This document shows positions 60,712 to 64,000 of a stretch of 64,000 nt of DNA, in pieces. The stretch is from a virus. Lineage: Duplodnaviria > Caudoviricetes. The translations under genes were made by a program, and so were the position numbers. Location: positions 1 to 64,000 of IMG/VR virus record IMGVR_UViG_3300014205_000200; one strand, written 5' to 3'. The notes beneath the pieces are model-generated. The model ran no database searches. It had not been told where the DNA came from and saw nothing but the letters and a program-made list of their open reading frames with translations. How positions within the stretch are numbered: position 1 is the stretch's first letter; each line of letters opens with the position of its first letter.

Positions 60712-61062
60712 ATGGCGACGGTGAATAGCCCGGGTTTGTTGGCGATCGCGGATGGCGAGCCTGGGCGGGTCCCGTTTGGCGCGCTGGCGACGGTCGATCT
60801 GTTGTACGTCCCTCGTCGGGGCCACACCGTCTCGGCCTACGACGTCGTCGCATCGGCGGCGGGGACGCTTCAGCTTCTTTGGAGGGACTCCTTCGGGAAC
60901 CTTCATTCGCTCGGCGCCCCGGTGGCGCTGACGGCTTCGGGGGCGCTCTTCTACGGGAGTGCTCAGATCAACCGGCCGATCATCGGCCCAATCGTGGTGA
61001 GGTTCGTCAGCACCGCCGGTTTGGGGTTGGTGTGGGCGGCGGCGACGGACGATCTGAAGTAG
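60712..61062 (+). CDS. small beta-rich structural protein candidate
   Basis: 116 aa in the head region. Confidence 0.5.
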   Translation: MATVNSPGLLAIADGEPGRVPFGALATVDLLYVPRRGHTVSAYDVVASAAGTLQLLWRDSFGNLHSLGAPVALTASGALFYGSAQINRPIIGPIVVRFVSTAGLGLVWAAATDDLK

Positions 61063-61069
61063 GTGTCCG

Positions 61070-61984
61070 ATGCCGATCGAGGTCTTGGTGGCGGATCAGC
61101 AACTCACGTGTCAGCAGGTCCTTGCCGCCGAGGGTTCGGTCGAAGCAGCGACCGAGCTGGGCGTTCAGGTGGTCCTGGGTGCGGGTGGTGGTCCTCCTCC
61201 CCCTCCGGCGTACGGCTACGTGAACGCGGTCGAGTTCGACGGCCCGGCTTCGGACGGGGCCAACCAGCGGATGGACACCGGCAAGTCGGAGCCAGGTGGT
61301 CTATCGGCCTTCACGATGATGATGGTGTTCGAGCTGGACGTTTGGCACGGGTCCATCCTGGCCACCCAATGGACCGACAACCCGGCCTTCAATTCGTGGA
61401 TCATCGCTCCGAGTTCGGACGGCGACTACGGCCCCGGATCGAACGGTCTTCGGCTTTGGATTCAGAACGGTGGCGGCATCATCGCCTGCCAGGCGTTGAT
61501 CGACCCACCCCCTGCGGCCGGTACCCGGGTGCAGGTCGTGGTCAGGTACGACGGGTCCGGGGTGGGGAATGCCGCTCGGGCTCGGATCTGGGTGGCGATT
61601 GGCGCCGAGGCGACGCTGACCGAGTATGTGCTGACCTTCTTGGAACCGTTCGGTCCCTCTTCGGTGCCGGCCGCGCTCAACACCAGCACGTCCAACTTCT
61701 ACGTCGGGGGTGGCACCTACTCGACCGCTCGGGCGGTTACGGGTGTGATCTTGGACGCCGCCTACTGGGCGTCGGCGCTGGATCCGACCGACATTGCGGC
61801 CTTGCGGGCGGCGGGTGCGCCGGTCGACCCCGAGACGGTGATTCCGTGCGACTCCCACTGGTGGATGGGCAACGGCGACAACGACGTCGGAACCTTCATT
61901 GAGGATATCGGTGCTGACGGTTTCGACGGCACGCTCGAGACGGGCGGCAATCCGGCCACGGCGCCGGTCATCGTGGCGCTCTAG
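61070..61984 (+). CDS. LamG/concanavalin-like domain virion protein
   Basis: AVEFDG, AFTMMMVF, W.GSILATQW, VVVRYDGSG, FYVGG, WASALDPTDI..L, HWWMG. Confidence 0.65.
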   Translation: MPIEVLVADQQLTCQQVLAAEGSVEAATELGVQVVLGAGGGPPPPPAYGYVNAVEFDGPASDGANQRMDTGKSEPGGLSAFTMMMVFELDVWHGSILATQWTDNPAFNSWIIAPSSDGDYGPGSNGLRLWIQNGGGIIACQALIDPPPAAGTRVQVVVRYDGSGVGNAARARIWVAIGAEATLTEYVLTFLEPFGPSSVPAALNTSTSNFYVGGGTYSTARAVTGVILDAAYWASALDPTDIAALRAAGAPVDPETVIPCDSHWWMGNGDNDVGTFIEDIGADGFDGTLETGGNPATAPVIVAL

Positions 61985-62020
61985 CTTGCAGCCGACCGTC
62001 GGGTTCGTCATGCTGCCCGC

Positions 62021-62215
62021 ATGGCAAACATCCACCCTAAGCTCGCACCCCCTTCCCCCCGTCAGCCGTTCCGGGACGGTCAGGATTGGACCGAAGCCGG
62101 GGCCGCCTACTTGGAGCAGCAGCGGAAGGAGTCTGGGAATCTGCCCGATTCCTCGGACGAAGAGGCCGCTCGGGTGAAGGATTCGACGCCGTACCGAAAT
62201 CTACGCGACCAGTAA
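62021..62215 (+). CDS. hypothetical protein
   Basis: CATGCT-N6-ATG. Confidence 0.45.
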   Translation: MANIHPKLAPPSPRQPFRDGQDWTEAGAAYLEQQRKESGNLPDSSDEEAARVKDSTPYRNLRDQ

Positions 62216-62221
62216 CCCGGT

Positions 62222-62237
62222 GAGAACGCGCGTTCTC
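62222..62237. repeat. 16-bp palindrome copy 13 (intergenic, head region)
   Basis: Exact. Confidence 0.95.
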
Positions 62238-62278
62238 GGCCTTGCAGGGCCGGGCCGGCGTCCTGTAAGGAGGTTCTC

Positions 62279-62470
62279 GTGCCGTCACCTCGTGAAATCG
62301 CTCTTCAGAAGAACGACCGGTCCAAGTTCAAAGAGCCGACCGGCTACTCGCCCAAGGACGGCTGCCCGACCGAGTGCGTGCCGGACGGCAAGTACGTCGA
62401 GTGGGGTAAGAACCCGTTCCGTGAATCCGGAACCGAGCAGCAGGCCCCCAATCCGGGCCAGGAAGGTTGA
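62279..62470 (+). CDS. hypothetical protein
   Basis: AGGAGG upstream of GTG. Confidence 0.5.
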   Translation: MPSPREIALQKNDRSKFKEPTGYSPKDGCPTECVPDGKYVEWGKNPFRESGTEQQAPNPGQEG

Positions 62471-62476
62471 TCCATC

Positions 62477-62683
62477 ATGGCCGACAAAAGCAGCTTTAAG
62501 CAGGGGTCCGGTTCGGAGAAGAGCACCTTGAACGGTCAGGTGTCGAACGGGAAGGACACCTACGACGGGAAGTACAAGGACCCGTCGAAGGAGATGTCGG
62601 AGGCCGAGAAGTGGGGCACCGACAAGCTCCCGGTCGAGAACGGCCAGTTGCCGGCGTCCGGGCTTCGCGGCTTCGGGGGCTGA
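62477..62683 (+). CDS. hypothetical protein
   Basis: 68 aa, hydrophilic. Confidence 0.5.
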   Translation: MADKSSFKQGSGSEKSTLNGQVSNGKDTYDGKYKDPSKEMSEAEKWGTDKLPVENGQLPASGLRGFGG

Positions 62684-62689
62684 ATCTAG

Positions 62690-63079
62690 ATGTCGACCCC
62701 CCAGATCATCCGGTTCGCCGGGGCGGTGACGTTGGAGCCACCTTCGGCGAGCTGCCTGCTGCCGTCCGGCGTCACCGCGATCCCGCTGGACATCCGGCAG
62801 CTCGCTCAGTCGAGCGTCAATCGGGCCCTCCGGGTGAACACGCCGTCGCCCGGGTTCCTCGATCTCTTGGCCAACTCGGGGGTCACCAACCTCCGACAAG
62901 GCCTACTGATTGCCCGCAACGGCATCTTCACCGTGCGGATTACCTGGGCCGGAGGGGTGGACCAGTTGATCCCGCTGTCGGAGTACTGGGCCTTTTCCAA
63001 CCCCCAAACCGGATCGCAAATCACCGCCCTGGCGATTCAGGGCGTCGGCGATCTTGAAATGTTGATCGCGGGCGACTGA
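62690..63079 (+). CDS. putative structural protein
   Basis: 129 aa, beta-rich, in head region. Confidence 0.5.
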   Translation: MSTPQIIRFAGAVTLEPPSASCLLPSGVTAIPLDIRQLAQSSVNRALRVNTPSPGFLDLLANSGVTNLRQGLLIARNGIFTVRITWAGGVDQLIPLSEYWAFSNPQTGSQITALAIQGVGDLEMLIAGD

Positions 63080-63102
63080 GTCGGCCGCAGAAGGAACCGA
63101 AC

Positions 63103-63744
63103 ATGAGCGCGCAGTCCCCCACGATCCGAGAATCTATCAACAATGGCGTTCTTCAGCAGATCGCCGATCTGTGCCGGGCCATCAACCTCGGCGACCTGAT
63201 TGGCGGTATTGGTCAGCAGCTGTTCGCGGCCGGGAAGATCCAGACCGCCCTCTTCGCCGCGACTGGCGCCACCCAGGCGCTGACGTTCGCGCAACTCGGC
63301 ATGGTGCCGCCGACCGACGCGAACTACATCGTCTTGGCCAGCTGCGAAACGACCAACTGCCGGGTGGATGAGTCGACCAAAACCACGACCGGCTTCACGC
63401 TGCTGAACACGACCAACCTCGAAGTCATCAACGTCACGATCATTGAGCGGAACGGTCCGCTCGCCGAGCAGGTCACCGTCACCAGCTCGGCCGGAACGTT
63501 GGCCGCCGCCCCCGACATCGTGTTGGACGTCATCGCGACTGCCGGCACCAGCCTTGGTCGGAAGGTCCTGAAGATCGGCGACAGCAATCTCACGCCCGCC
63601 CCGGGCGAGGTCATCTGGGATGGCGCGACCGGCCTTCGGTTCAACGCGACTGACGCCGTCACGTCCGCCAAGGTGGTTCGGGTTCCTTCCGCCGGGGTGG
63701 TGACCAGCCTGTTGAATCGGGCTCTCGGCCAGCAGGACGCCTAA
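63103..63744 (+). CDS. putative structural (decoration-like) protein
   Basis: 213 aa, Thr/Ala/Val-rich. Confidence 0.5.
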   Translation: MSAQSPTIRESINNGVLQQIADLCRAINLGDLIGGIGQQLFAAGKIQTALFAATGATQALTFAQLGMVPPTDANYIVLASCETTNCRVDESTKTTTGFTLLNTTNLEVINVTIIERNGPLAEQVTVTSSAGTLAAAPDIVLDVIATAGTSLGRKVLKIGDSNLTPAPGEVIWDGATGLRFNATDAVTSAKVVRVPSAGVVTSLLNRALGQQDA

Positions 63745-63758
63745 GGTAAACCTAAGAC

Positions 63759-64000
63759 ATGACGACCGCGATCGATCCGGGGGCCGGTGCCCCGCAAGAG
63801 GCCGCCCCGGTGGGCGCTCCCGGATCATCGCCTCAACCGGCTACCGCGGCAGCTCAACCGAGCCGCGGGGCGAGCGGGAACGACCCGGCGCCAAAGAAGG
63901 CGAGTATCGATATGGCGACCAAGAACAAGCAGCGCGAGCCCTCCGCCGAGGCCGTCCTGTCCCGGGCGCGTCGCATGATGCGCAAAGAACTGAAGCCCTT
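63759..64000 (+). CDS. 3'-truncated Ala/Pro-rich protein, possible scaffolding protein
   Basis: ATG 63759 open to the window end (MTTAIDPGAGAPQEAAPVG...RARRMMRKELKP). Confidence 0.45.
   Translation, partial: MTTAIDPGAGAPQEAAPVGAPGSSPQPATAAAQPSRGASGNDPAPKKASIDMATKNKQREPSAEAVLSRARRMMRKELKP

Noticed and set aside
5814-62237. 16-bp palindrome as a CRISPR repeat, REP element or MITE
   Set aside because: Copies are isolated, too short, not regularly spaced, and lack target-site duplications or a cas/transposase gene in the window
1-64000. tRNA, rRNA, integrase and CI-type repressor/lysogeny module
   Set aside because: No cloverleaf or TTCGA T-loop in a tRNA context and no tyrosine/serine recombinase motifs were found by eye; a lysogeny module could lie outside the window

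Overview
This 64 kb window is an internal segment of a high-GC (roughly 65-70% by eye) tailed dsDNA bacteriophage genome. No integrase, tRNA, rRNA or CRISPR array was seen. Left to right: (1) end of a structural block and lysis cassette (amidase endolysin, holin-like and membrane proteins; 1-3.1 kb); (2) leftward operon with KTSC protein, two adenine methyltransferases, a Tad1/Acb2-hairpin-like protein and a RuvC-like resolvase (3.1-7.3 kb); (3) rightward replication/recombination block (intein-containing SF2 helicase, wHTH initiator-like protein, DnaB, primase, UvrD-like helicase, sigma-like factor, Lys-rich protein, family B polymerase, UvsY-like, SSB-like, intein-containing RecA-like, SbcD/SbcC; 7.4-27.6 kb); (4) a ParB-like + TET/JBP dioxygenase + glycosyltransferase base-modification cluster that looks decayed, a C5 methyltransferase with a nested out-of-frame partner ORF, and many small ORFs (27.9-35.9 kb); (5) TerS-like gene and the ATPase half of the large terminase (36-38 kb), about 14 kb of accessory and early-type genes (HNH, Prim-Pol, ThyX, five repeated promoter modules, EEP lipoprotein), then the nuclease half of the terminase (52.1-52.9 kb); (6) portal, head morphogenesis protein and further head genes to the window edge. 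Three sequence-level systems overlay this: a 16-bp perfect palindrome GAGAACGCGCGTTCTC (11 exact + 2 one-mismatch copies), a GGGAAGAT-N5-8-start motif in front of about 20 genes (leaderless-promoter geometry), and an ~85-bp promoter module repeated five times. All functional calls come from motif recognition by eye, with no database searches.
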